Shown here in pieces: positions 40,578-48,884 of a stretch of 64,000 bases of DNA (positions are counted from its first letter, which is position 1; the number at the start of each line of letters is the position of its first letter). Origin of the DNA: an uncultured Gammaproteobacteria bacterium. Its GTDB lineage: Bacteria > Patescibacteriota > Microgenomatia > UBA12405 > JAHJSD01. The stretch covers positions 218,258 through 282,257 of the forward strand of contig CAYRYE010000001.1 of the NCBI GenBank assembly GCA_964428655.1, in the 5' to 3' direction. The notes below the pieces were generated by a model, which was given only the letters and a program-made list of their open reading frames with translations, searched no databases and had not been told where the DNA came from. The translations under genes were made by a program, and so were the position numbers.

Positions 40578-41660
40578 ATGCCAAAGAAAAAAGTTTTAAA
40601 TACTACTCCACTAGATTTTGTGGTTATTGGAAGTGGTCAAGTAGTTGATAAATATTGGCTTCGTTCTCATGTGGACAGGAGTGTCAATATTACAGATATA
40701 GTGAGTCTAGAACCTGAAAAAACTTTTAGACAGCGTAACACAAATTTTGTTGGAAGATACTATCATTCGTCATCAGTTGATGATACTTTTGCAGTTCTTG
40801 TCAAGCTAGGAGAGAAAGAAGGCGATCTTAATATTGCCAACGTTGCCACTTCTAATATTCGTTTGGATTTAACACAAAGAATTCTCTGGAATCCTTGTTT
40901 TGGAAACACTCGGGTATTTGTTGAAAAGCCATTCGCATCAAACCGTCAAGATTTGGACACATTTGCTGACCTTATTAAAGAACATTCTTCTCGCTTACAC
41001 TTCTCGGGAAAATATTCAAACGGAAGAGCAAACATACTTTATCCTTGTTTACCTGAGGGCAAGTTTCCAACAAAAATTAAAGGTAGATTGATTGAAGGAG
41101 CAGAATATTTTCGTGTCATCAAAAAGAGAGAAGAACGCGAAGGAGGTCATCCGTACTTAAATGATGGGCCTGAACTGGATTTGGGGTTTCACTTGCTCGA
41201 TATTATAGGTATAGCTTTTCAAAAATTTGGGGGAATTAGAAGGCTTAGATTGAAGAAAGTGTATGACTTATGTCAACGAAGAGAAGAGTTTGAACCAAAC
41301 TATGGATTCGGGTCGGAAATGGAGGCATATACACTCCTTGGAGATACTATCCTTCTTGATTTGCAAGCAGGGAAAGCTAACACATTAAATGAGCGATTTA
41401 TTGAATTTTACTATAAGGAGGCTGTGTATGGTCAGGAATATACCGTTGGAGACTCGATTGATCCAGTTTATAGAGTGGAAAATGGGGAAAAAACAACAAT
41501 TGCTCAACATGAGACAGGATATAATTATTATGCCCAAGAGCTAAGCTCGGCTGTTTTTTGTAAACAAACCACTGGTCAACAGCTGGCAAGCTTATCCAAT
41601 ATAGGTATTAGTTTGGATATTAGAAAAAGACGACTAAGTTTGTCTCATAAGGATTCTTAG
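40578..41660 (+). CDS. Gfo/Idh/MocA-like oxidoreductase (divergent)
   Basis: VVIGSGQV Rossmann start, VFVEKPFA, DLGFHLLD. Confidence 0.7.
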   Translation: MPKKKVLNTTPLDFVVIGSGQVVDKYWLRSHVDRSVNITDIVSLEPEKTFRQRNTNFVGRYYHSSSVDDTFAVLVKLGEKEGDLNIANVATSNIRLDLTQRILWNPCFGNTRVFVEKPFASNRQDLDTFADLIKEHSSRLHFSGKYSNGRANILYPCLPEGKFPTKIKGRLIEGAEYFRVIKKREEREGGHPYLNDGPELDLGFHLLDIIGIAFQKFGGIRRLRLKKVYDLCQRREEFEPNYGFGSEMEAYTLLGDTILLDLQAGKANTLNERFIEFYYKEAVYGQEYTVGDSIDPVYRVENGEKTTIAQHETGYNYYAQELSSAVFCKQTTGQQLASLSNIGISLDIRKRRLSLSHKDS

Positions 41661-41788
41661 TTTTTCGGAGATGTGCCGAGTAAACTCGAAATGATTCTTA
41701 CTCCCAGAAAGACATTTACTAGGGAAGTATCATCGATCTTAAAACGAACCAAGTCTGCAAGGAAAGAAAAAAGGGGCGGAGAGAAAAG

Positions 41789-43081
41789 CTAAATTCTCAT
41801 GGTAAATAAGAAAATTTCCCTAGAGACAGTTTGCCCCGGGCGGTAATAAATGATTGAGTTTCGATTAGTTGTTTGCAAGCCCAAGATGGTAGAGTTAATT
41901 TTTTTCACGGGCAGGAAATTTTTATTCTGAAAACCTATTTTTTTAATGTCGTTTAAAATTTCTAGATAAAAGAATTGGTCTTTATAACGAATTACCGGAA
42001 AAATAATTGCGATTACCCCATTGGCCTTAAGTATTTTTTTAAATTCCTTGAAGGCTTGAATATAAAGATTTTCGATTTCCTTAATTTCTTTTTTAATCAA
42101 ATTAAGTGGGGTGAATTTTAATTTCGGTGATCCCAAATAGGGTTCGCTAATAATGGCATCTATCTTCCGTGAGAAGATCCTCGAGCTTATTTGTCGGACA
42201 TCACAATTTATAAATTCAATATGATGGTTTTCTTTTTTTAAAAAATGATAATTTTTAAACAACCATTCTAAGTTAGTTTTAGTATTAGAAATAGCGTTGT
42301 TATCAATATCTGCACCAATAATTTTTTTATACCCAAGTAAGATAAGTTCTTGCAAAAAAGTGCCACTTCCACAAAAAGGGTCGAGGAAAACTGAGTCTTT
42401 TTCTTTTCGAGTAAGGTTAATCATTATTTTGGCTACCTTTAAAGGAATCATGCCGGCGCGGGAATCTCTTTTTGGTCTTCCATAATCCCTAAAGCTGTAG
42501 CTTTTATAGTCTTGGACAGTTAAAGTTTTTCCTAAATACACCCAATGTTGTCCAACGCAAATTATAAATTCAAATCCCCGTTTTAAAAGGGAGTTCCTGT
42601 CGACAGAAACGGTCGAAAGAATTCTTTCTTTGGGGTATAAAAACCAGGAAGTTACTCCGGAGGATTCTAGTTGGTCTTTTAGTTTTTTGCAAACTTTAAG
42701 CGCTAGAGACCGAATTTTGTTCAATTCCTTAAGTTTTGTTCCGGAATGATAGAGACTGAGGCCAAAAGCAATACGTTTCTCTTTTGGGGGCAGAAAAAAA
42801 TCTTTAAATTTTTTCTTAGTTATTTCTTTGGCAAAACTTTCCAAAAAACTATCGAGTGGAACAGAAGTAAAAATCTTAATGAGCTTGGCGGTACTCCCGA
42901 AATCATTTATTGAGATATATTTTTCAATCTCTTTTGGACTTTCAATAATCAATGTTTCTTGGGAGGCCTCTATTACCTTAAACGGAATCTTTTTGAAACT
43001 TAGCACATTTAAAATTTCTACTTTACAAAGGGTATGGTTTGTTCCAAGAACAAAGCAATATAAAAACGAGGCAGTATTCAT
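41789..43081 (-). CDS. TRM11/UPF0020-like SAM-dependent RNA methyltransferase
   Basis: RDYGRP, GMIPLKVAKIMINL, LDPFCGSGT, SEPYLG. Confidence 0.85.
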   Translation of the reverse strand: MNTASFLYCFVLGTNHTLCKVEILNVLSFKKIPFKVIEASQETLIIESPKEIEKYISINDFGSTAKLIKIFTSVPLDSFLESFAKEITKKKFKDFFLPPKEKRIAFGLSLYHSGTKLKELNKIRSLALKVCKKLKDQLESSGVTSWFLYPKERILSTVSVDRNSLLKRGFEFIICVGQHWVYLGKTLTVQDYKSYSFRDYGRPKRDSRAGMIPLKVAKIMINLTRKEKDSVFLDPFCGSGTFLQELILLGYKKIIGADIDNNAISNTKTNLEWLFKNYHFLKKENHHIEFINCDVRQISSRIFSRKIDAIISEPYLGSPKLKFTPLNLIKKEIKEIENLYIQAFKEFKKILKANGVIAIIFPVIRYKDQFFYLEILNDIKKIGFQNKNFLPVKKINSTILGLQTTNRNSIIYYRPGQTVSREIFLFTMRI

Positions 43082-43148
43082 AATGGCATTTTAACTTAAT
43101 GAGTGTCTTTGGGCAATTTTGATTTTCTTCAGGGCGTTGAGGCAGCTC

Positions 43149-43185
43149 ATGTTAAAATAGCTCATAATGTCTCTTTCTGTTGGGA
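43149..43185 (+). pseudogene. Dead ychF 5' end A with promoter (MSLSVG|)
   Basis: ATGTTAAAATAGCT identical to 45497-45510 before the intact ychF; ATG 43167 encodes MSLSVG, then diverges. Confidence 0.7.
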
Positions 43186-43231
43186 CTGGAGCCTGGCTAA
43201 CCCACATTTAGAATTTAGGCTTGGCTTTGTT

Positions 43232-43342
43232 ATGCCAAGCCCTCGGAAAATTAGAATTATTACTGAGAGAGATGAATTGGGGAGAATTATAAAAGCCAAA
43301 GTGCCAGAGCTAAAGGAGTATGATGAAAAAATTTCAATTTAG
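43232..43342 (+). CDS. 36-aa micro-ORF, probable dead extended ychF 5' end B (...VPELK|)
   Basis: 13/27 ungapped identity to 44280-44381 with synonymous differences. Confidence 0.55.
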   Translation: MPSPRKIRIITERDELGRIIKAKVPELKEYDEKISI

Positions 43343-44172
43343 TAAAGCAGATTGGATTAAAGAAAAAAAATTGGATAAAAAAGAAATTGTGTTCCTAGAC
43401 ACCTTGCAAAAAAATATCTCGAGATACAATGTTGGAAGTTTATAGGAGATGGAAGGGTAAATGTGCTTTTTGTGGAGTATCTGGAACGATTGAACAACAT
43501 CATATAGTTCCTAAGAGCAAGGACCCTTCATTGATAGATGACCCAGATAATTTAGTTCTCCTTTGTAGTAATCATCACACTTTGACACGGAAAGTGAATC
43601 CAGATGGTAAATCTGTTATTTCTTTTCGTGAGATTCAAAATGTTGCAAATTCAAAATATGTGAGTTCAAATAAATTCGGAGTTTATTTTGATGTTCCGCA
43701 GAACAAACGGGTGATATTAGGCGGGAACTCTTGTATAGATTATCCCTACATTTTAGTGGTGAACAATAAACCGTTGGTTGAATTATAGTCTAAAAGACCT
43801 GTCCATTATACAAAGAAATTAGGCTTTTTTGTGACGATGCGTTTTTTTGACGAAGAAAATAATTTCTTGGGAGGAATGTTTGATAACCATTGGGCCTATG
43901 TAATAGGGGAAGATTGGAAGATAAATGTTGAGCCGAATAAAATCGAAATAAGACATAAAGAGAAAAATCTATTTGTGAAAATAGAGAAGAAAGAAAGTTT
44001 GTATATCGCTGGAGCTTTTTACTTTGATGGTATTCGAGTTGAAGCTAGAAATGATGCCCTTGTTCTCCCTAAAAACAACAAGATGATAGGAAATACACTT
44101 GTTGGTTATGCTTTTTCTGTGTTTGGAGATAAACGTAATTCTGGCTTTGCTATCGGAGGAATAAAATTATGA
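43323..44172 (+). pseudogene. HNH endonuclease with a C-terminal beta-rich domain, disrupted
   Basis: CAFCG...EQHHI.P...NLVLLCSNHH; apparent +1 frameshift in the A7 run 43408-43414; in-frame TAG 43786-43788 separates two same-frame ORFs. Confidence 0.75.
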
Positions 44173-44187
44173 AAGGAAAAGCCTGAA

Positions 44188-44211
44188 ATGAGTTTGAGTT
44201 GTGGGATAGTG
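44188..44211 (+). pseudogene. Dead ychF 5' end C (MSLSCGIV|)
   Basis: ATG AGT TTG AGT TGT GGG ATA GTG matches a typical YchF start, M-S-L-x-C-G-I-V-(G). Confidence 0.7.
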
Positions 44212-44279
44212 AGAGTGGGAATCGACTTTTTGAAAATAGGCGCAAGCAGGCTGGAGTTCCTCTGTTTTTGCATATCAAA

Positions 44280-44381
44280 ATGCCACCCCCAAGAAAATAT
44301 CCTCAAATTCTAAAAAGAGATAAAAATGGAAGAATAACTGCTTCGAGATTTCCCCCACTAAGTGTTAAAATACATTCATAA
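44280..44381 (+). CDS. 33-aa micro-ORF, probable dead extended ychF 5' end D (...FPPLSV|)
   Basis: Paralogous to 43232-43342; its LSV aligns with YchF beta-1. Confidence 0.55.
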   Translation: MPPPRKYPQILKRDKNGRITASRFPPLSVKIHS

Positions 44382-44386
44382 GTCAG

Positions 44387-45508
44387 ATGAAAAATATAAT
44401 TTTGAAGAGATATCCCAGAAATAAAGAGAAGTTTGTTAAATTAATTGAGTTTTTCAAAACAATTCTGGATATTTGCGAAGAATTAAACATTAATCCGGTA
44501 ATTAATGGCAGTCTGGCTGTTTTTGCCTATACAAAGAATAAAGGCATGACTGTTAATGATATTGACCTATCAATTTCAGAAGCAGAATACCCCAAAATAA
44601 TGAGCGCATTAGAGGAAAAAGGTATTAAATACAAGTTAAGAGAACGGCATGTTCTAGAGGCTCTAAAAGACGATTTGAGAATTGGATTTGGTTCATCCGA
44701 GCGGTGGTCCAAAGGCTTACCTACAAATTATGAAACTTTACAAATCGACAATTACAAAATTAAAATGCTCAGTCGTGCTGGGTTGATTAAACAATATAAA
44801 AATGCAATGGGAGATAGGAAGAAAAAGTCCTATGAGGATGCTCGTGAAGGAACAAAATATCTGTCCCTTAAAGAAAAATACGGTGTTGTTAAGCCGAACA
44901 AAAAACAAGATCGGATTACCTCTAAGAAGGTAGCCAAGGACCCATTATTAATAGCTAGCACCCATTTCCTAAGGAACGGAGAAAGAGTATTTTTCCGTCC
45001 TCTTGTCAAGAGTGATGCCAGTGCTTTCGGTGAATTTCTAAAAAACTTACAAGAAAAAACAAGAACAAGGTTTGGTCCCCATCCATTGACAGTAGGTGAG
45101 GCTAAAAAAATTTGCAACAGTTTAAATTATTCAGAAATAGTACGGATGATTTTAATCAATATGAATCAAGAAATTATTGGGTATATGATACTTTCATTTC
45201 TGCTTCGGGAAAGCCAGATTGAACGCTACAAGAAATACAGGATTTCGTTAGTTAACCATAAAGATGCTTGTATAGCTCCTGTTGTTACTGATGATTGTCA
45301 AAATAAAGGCACTGGGAGTTTAATGCTGGATGAGACTATAAAAATTGCCCGATCCTTGGGGATTAGACTTCTTGTTTTGTGGCAAGGAGTCCAAGCTAGC
45401 AATGATCGAGGGATACATTATTATGAGAAGTTTGGTTTTAAAAAGAATGGAGAGTTCGATAGATACGGCACTCATAATATTGATATGACATTAAAAATGT
45501 TAAAATAG
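44387..45508 (+). CDS. Nucleotidyltransferase-GNAT acetyltransferase fusion
   Basis: N-terminal GSLA...NDIDL (pol-beta-type NTase); C-terminal QNKGTGS and N..GIHYYEKFGF (GNAT). Confidence 0.8.
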   Translation: MKNIILKRYPRNKEKFVKLIEFFKTILDICEELNINPVINGSLAVFAYTKNKGMTVNDIDLSISEAEYPKIMSALEEKGIKYKLRERHVLEALKDDLRIGFGSSERWSKGLPTNYETLQIDNYKIKMLSRAGLIKQYKNAMGDRKKKSYEDAREGTKYLSLKEKYGVVKPNKKQDRITSKKVAKDPLLIASTHFLRNGERVFFRPLVKSDASAFGEFLKNLQEKTRTRFGPHPLTVGEAKKICNSLNYSEIVRMILINMNQEIIGYMILSFLLRESQIERYKKYRISLVNHKDACIAPVVTDDCQNKGTGSLMLDETIKIARSLGIRLLVLWQGVQASNDRGIHYYEKFGFKKNGEFDRYGTHNIDMTLKMLK

Positions 45509-45515
45509 CTTCACT

Positions 45516-46571
45516 ATGTCACAGCTTCAAATCGGGATTGTTGGTTTGCCAAATGCGGGCAAGTCGACTTTGTTTAATGCTTTGTTGGGACGGCAGGTAG
45601 CAAAAGTTGAAAGCTACCCTTTTTGTACAATTGAGCCTAATACTGGAGTAGTTGAAGTTCCTGATGAGAGACTGGAGAGAATTGTTAATTTAGTTAAACC
45701 CCGGAAAACTCTCCCCGCCCCGATTAAGTTTGTTGATATTGCCGGTTTGGTTAAAGGGGCTTATAAGGGTCTGGGTTTGGGTAACAAATTTTTGGCCCAC
45801 ATTCGTGAGTGTGACGCGATTTTATATCTTCTTCGTGATTTTAGTGGTTCGGTTGCGAAAGCCGGTTCAGTCAGTCCCGGAGTTGATTTGGAAGTGTTGA
45901 AAACAGAGCTGGCTTTAAAAGATTTAGAAACCCTAACCAGGATAAGTGAAGAAAAAACTAATACTAAAGAGAAAAAATCAAGAAAATCAGTGGCGGAAAA
46001 ATTAGCCGCCAAGTTAGAAAAGAGTGTGTTGGCAAAAGATGTAAATTTAAGCAAAGAGGAAAAAGAAATCGCTAGACAATTCTTTCTTTTGACTATGAAG
46101 CCTTTTTTGGTGGTCATTAATGTGAGTGAATCGGTTGATTTTGAAAAAAGGAAAAAGCAGTTTGTTGATTTAAAAGCGATTATCGCCTCAGCCCAATTTG
46201 AAGCGGATTTAAATGAACTTTCAGGGGAAGAAAAAAAAGAGTTTTTATCAAGCCAGAGTTTTACCTCTGCTTTAGATCAAGTGATTGTGGCCGCTTATAA
46301 AATTCTGGGGTTAATTACTTTTTATACTATTAAGGGGGGTAGAGAAACTAGAGCTTGGCCAATTAAGAAGGGTTCAACAGCCATTGAAGCAGCCGGATTA
46401 GTTCACACTGACTTTGTCAAAAAATTTATCCGAACCGAAGTAGTTTCCTTCAACGACTTTGTTAAGTTTAGTGGCTGGGAGGGAGTTAAAACTAAAGGAA
46501 AATTAAGAACTGAGGGGCGAGATTATAAGGTGGCCGATGGCAATATTATTGAATTTAAAACTGGACGATGA
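45516..46571 (+). CDS. ychF: Ribosome-binding ATPase YchF
   Basis: [35 protein letters not shown]. Confidence 0.96.
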   Translation: MSQLQIGIVGLPNAGKSTLFNALLGRQVAKVESYPFCTIEPNTGVVEVPDERLERIVNLVKPRKTLPAPIKFVDIAGLVKGAYKGLGLGNKFLAHIRECDAILYLLRDFSGSVAKAGSVSPGVDLEVLKTELALKDLETLTRISEEKTNTKEKKSRKSVAEKLAAKLEKSVLAKDVNLSKEEKEIARQFFLLTMKPFLVVINVSESVDFEKRKKQFVDLKAIIASAQFEADLNELSGEEKKEFLSSQSFTSALDQVIVAAYKILGLITFYTIKGGRETRAWPIKKGSTAIEAAGLVHTDFVKKFIRTEVVSFNDFVKFSGWEGVKTKGKLRTEGRDYKVADGNIIEFKTGR

Positions 46572-47530
46572 ATAAGGTTCTGGTTGTTTGCGGGCCGACA
46601 GCGGTGGGGAAAACTTCGGTAGCTGTTTCTTTAGCTGGAAAATTGAACGGCGAGATTGTCTCAGCCGATTCCCGTCAAGCCTATAAAGGCTTGGATGTTG
46701 GCACCGGTAAGGATATTCCAAAAAATTCTAAATTCCATATTTTAAATTCTAAATTCTCAAATTTTAATATTGGGTACTGCGAGATTAGCAAGGTTCCTGT
46801 TTGGCTTCTAGATGTTGTTTTGCCAAAATATCAATTCAATGTTGCTGATTGGTTAAAGTGTGCCAATGTAGTCATTAAAGACATTTGGAAAAGAGGAAAA
46901 CTGCCAATTGTGGTTGGCGGCACAGGATTTTATATCAAAGCCTTAGTTGATGGTATTGGTTCATTAGGAATTAGGCCTGATAAAAAACTGCGCCGGAAAT
47001 TAGAAGAGTTGTCAATTGAGCAGTTACAAAATAAATTAAAAAAATTAGCTTTAGGGGTTTGGAAGAAAATGAATTCTTCTGATCGAGCCAATATGCGGCG
47101 CTTAATTAGAAAAATAGAAATCTCTTTGTCCGGAAATATTGAGAAGGCAAAACCTATGAAGGCAGATTACTTAATGATTGGTTTGTCAGCCCCTAGGAGG
47201 ATTATTTATCAGAGAATTGACCAAAGAGTTAAACAGAGGTTAGCCAAAGGATTAATTGAAGAAATAAAGGATCTTCTGAAACAGGGGGTATCTTGGGAAG
47301 ATCCGGGAATGGACACTTTAGCTTATAAAGAATTCCGGGACTATTTTGCTACTAAGAAGGGACTTTCACAAGCCATAGAGCGGTGGCGGTTTGATGAGCA
47401 TCGTTATGCTCGACGCCAATTAACCTGGTTTAAAAAAGATCAAAGAATTGAATGGTTTGATATTACTATTGATAACTGGCAAAATAGAATGGAAAGATTA
47501 ATTATTAAATGGTATAGTCGGAAAAGATAA
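46568..47530 (+). CDS. miaA: tRNA dimethylallyltransferase
   Basis: GPTAVGKT, SADSRQ, VGGTGFY, YARRQLTWF. Confidence 0.96.
   Translation: MNKVLVVCGPTAVGKTSVAVSLAGKLNGEIVSADSRQAYKGLDVGTGKDIPKNSKFHILNSKFSNFNIGYCEISKVPVWLLDVVLPKYQFNVADWLKCANVVIKDIWKRGKLPIVVGGTGFYIKALVDGIGSLGIRPDKKLRRKLEELSIEQLQNKLKKLALGVWKKMNSSDRANMRRLIRKIEISLSGNIEKAKPMKADYLMIGLSAPRRIIYQRIDQRVKQRLAKGLIEEIKDLLKQGVSWEDPGMDTLAYKEFRDYFATKKGLSQAIERWRFDEHRYARRQLTWFKKDQRIEWFDITIDNWQNRMERLIIKWYSRKR
46723..46757 (+). repeat. Heptamer tandem repeat inside miaA
   Basis: AAATTCT AAATTCC ATATTTT AAATTCT AAATTCT. Confidence 0.75.
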
Positions 47531-48522
47531 TGGAAAAGGTTAAGAAGATTGAAATCTCTCATAGAACAATAGTCTTCTCTGTTTTATTTCTCGTCGCTAT
47601 TTGGTTTCTCTATCAAATAAGGGAAATTTTGTTAGCCCTTTTTATTTCCATAATCCTAATGGGAGCTATTAATCCTACCGTTGATCGTTTGGAGAGGTGG
47701 CGCTTGCCTCGTTGGCTGGCAATCCTTTTGATTTATCTTGTTTTATTGAGTTTAATAATTACTGCCATTGCTGGTTTGATTCCTCCCTTAGTTGATCAAA
47801 CCAGTCGATTGGTACAGGTAGTAATTGACCTTTCTGACAGACTTTCCTTTTTGGGACTCTCTTCGGAGAAAATAAGATTACAAATTCAAGAGCTGGGAGC
47901 GTTACCAACTCAGATATTAAAACTGGCAGTTTCGATATTCTCTAATATTATTGCTATCTTTGCCATTTTAGTAATCACTTTTTATTTGCTTCTGGAGCAT
48001 AAAAACTTGGATAGATATCTTTTCTTTCTTTTTGGTCAGAAGCGTAGAGAAAGAGCTAAAAGAGTAGTCGGCAAGCTGGAAAAAAAGCTTGGCGGCTGGG
48101 TCAGGGCAGAGTTACTTTTGATGACAATTATTGGTTTGCTTTCATACATTGGTTTTCGCTTGCTGGATCTCCAATTTGCTTTGCCTCTGGCGATCTTGGC
48201 CGGACTGTTGGAAGTCGTTCCCAATATTGGTCCTACTTTATCAGCGGTGCCAGCTGTTGCCATAGGATTGTTAGAATCATCTCTGATTGGTCTTTTAGTT
48301 TTGGCCTGGACTTTTATTATTCAACAATTGGAAAACAATTTGATTGTTCCTAAGCTAATGCAGAAAACCGTTGGGGTCAATCCTTTGATCACAATTTTGA
48401 CATTAGCGGTTGGTTTTAAACTAGCGGGGGTAATGGGGGCTGTTCTGGCAATTCCAGTTTATCTGGCAATTGAAGTAGTTGTTTCAGAGTTTATCTCTTT
48501 AAAAAAAGCCAAAGGCCAATAA
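47530..48522 (+). CDS. AI-2E family transporter (PerM-like)
   Basis: Multiple TM segments; VPNIGP, QQLENNLIVPK, GAVLAIP. Confidence 0.92.
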   Translation: MEKVKKIEISHRTIVFSVLFLVAIWFLYQIREILLALFISIILMGAINPTVDRLERWRLPRWLAILLIYLVLLSLIITAIAGLIPPLVDQTSRLVQVVIDLSDRLSFLGLSSEKIRLQIQELGALPTQILKLAVSIFSNIIAIFAILVITFYLLLEHKNLDRYLFFLFGQKRRERAKRVVGKLEKKLGGWVRAELLLMTIIGLLSYIGFRLLDLQFALPLAILAGLLEVVPNIGPTLSAVPAVAIGLLESSLIGLLVLAWTFIIQQLENNLIVPKLMQKTVGVNPLITILTLAVGFKLAGVMGAVLAIPVYLAIEVVVSEFISLKKAKGQ

Positions 48523-48807
48523 GCCAGATTCTGTTTTTTCCGATATGTTTTATGTATCGGAACTGGATTCATCTATCTATGCTCTCCACCTGGTGTTAAT
48601 GAGGGAGGCTTCTCAACACCGATTTGAGATTGCTCAAAGGAGGGTTGCCTCGTTTCACCCCCGATATGTTTTATGTATCGGGACTCGTCTCTGTGGCCCT
48701 ATCTCGTCCCCCGATATTTCGGGGAAGTTCTAACTTGCGTTAGAACACTTTGCCTCCGCGAGTCTGGACTTTCCTGATCGAAATTTCGACCCGAATCCTT
48801 AGCCTTT
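48511..48807 (-). ncRNA. rnpB: RNase P RNA (compact type A, about 297 nt)
   Basis: Minus strand AGGAAAGTCCAG and ACAGAATCTGGCTTA (P4), P1 AAAGGCTA/TGGCCTTT, P2 GGATTC/GAATCC, GGTGAAACG; TGgTATAAT upstream. Confidence 0.93.
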
Positions 48808-48837
48808 AACCAGATATATTATACCATGGAATGCAGG

Positions 48838-48871
48838 AAAAAGCCCCTCATGCGTAAAAGAGAGGCTTTTT
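48838..48871 (-). terminator. Intrinsic terminator after the small zinc-ribbon gene
   Basis: Minus strand AAAAAGCCTCTC...GAGGGGCTTTTT. Confidence 0.65.
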
Positions 48872-48884
48872 CAAGTTAACGAGC

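Noticed and set aside
43103-43231. Upstream extensions of the micro-ORFs given in the ORF track (43103 and 44199 starts)
   Set aside because: Similarity between the two begins at the internal ATGs (43232, 44280); the extensions cross the ychF stubs in other frames
43786-43788. TAG read-through or stop-codon reassignment suggested by in-frame TAGs at 43786 and 41658
   Set aside because: TAG ends rpsL, rpsN, rplM, rpsI and recA at their normal C-termini, and TGA ends rpsC, rplP and rpmJ, so code 11 holds; a nonsense mutation is simpler
43185-45536. Self-splicing intron or intein interrupting ychF
   Set aside because: ychF at 45516 is complete with its own promoter and start; no group I/II core, RT or intein motifs seen
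48540-48681. Two identical 21-nt palindromic repeats as a mini CRISPR array
   Set aside because: Only two copies with a 100-nt gap, inside RNase P RNA, and no cas genes in the window
48545-48733. 62-aa plus-strand ORF with an internal repeat
   Set aside because: Antisense to rnpB; the repeat is the duplicated RNA hairpin
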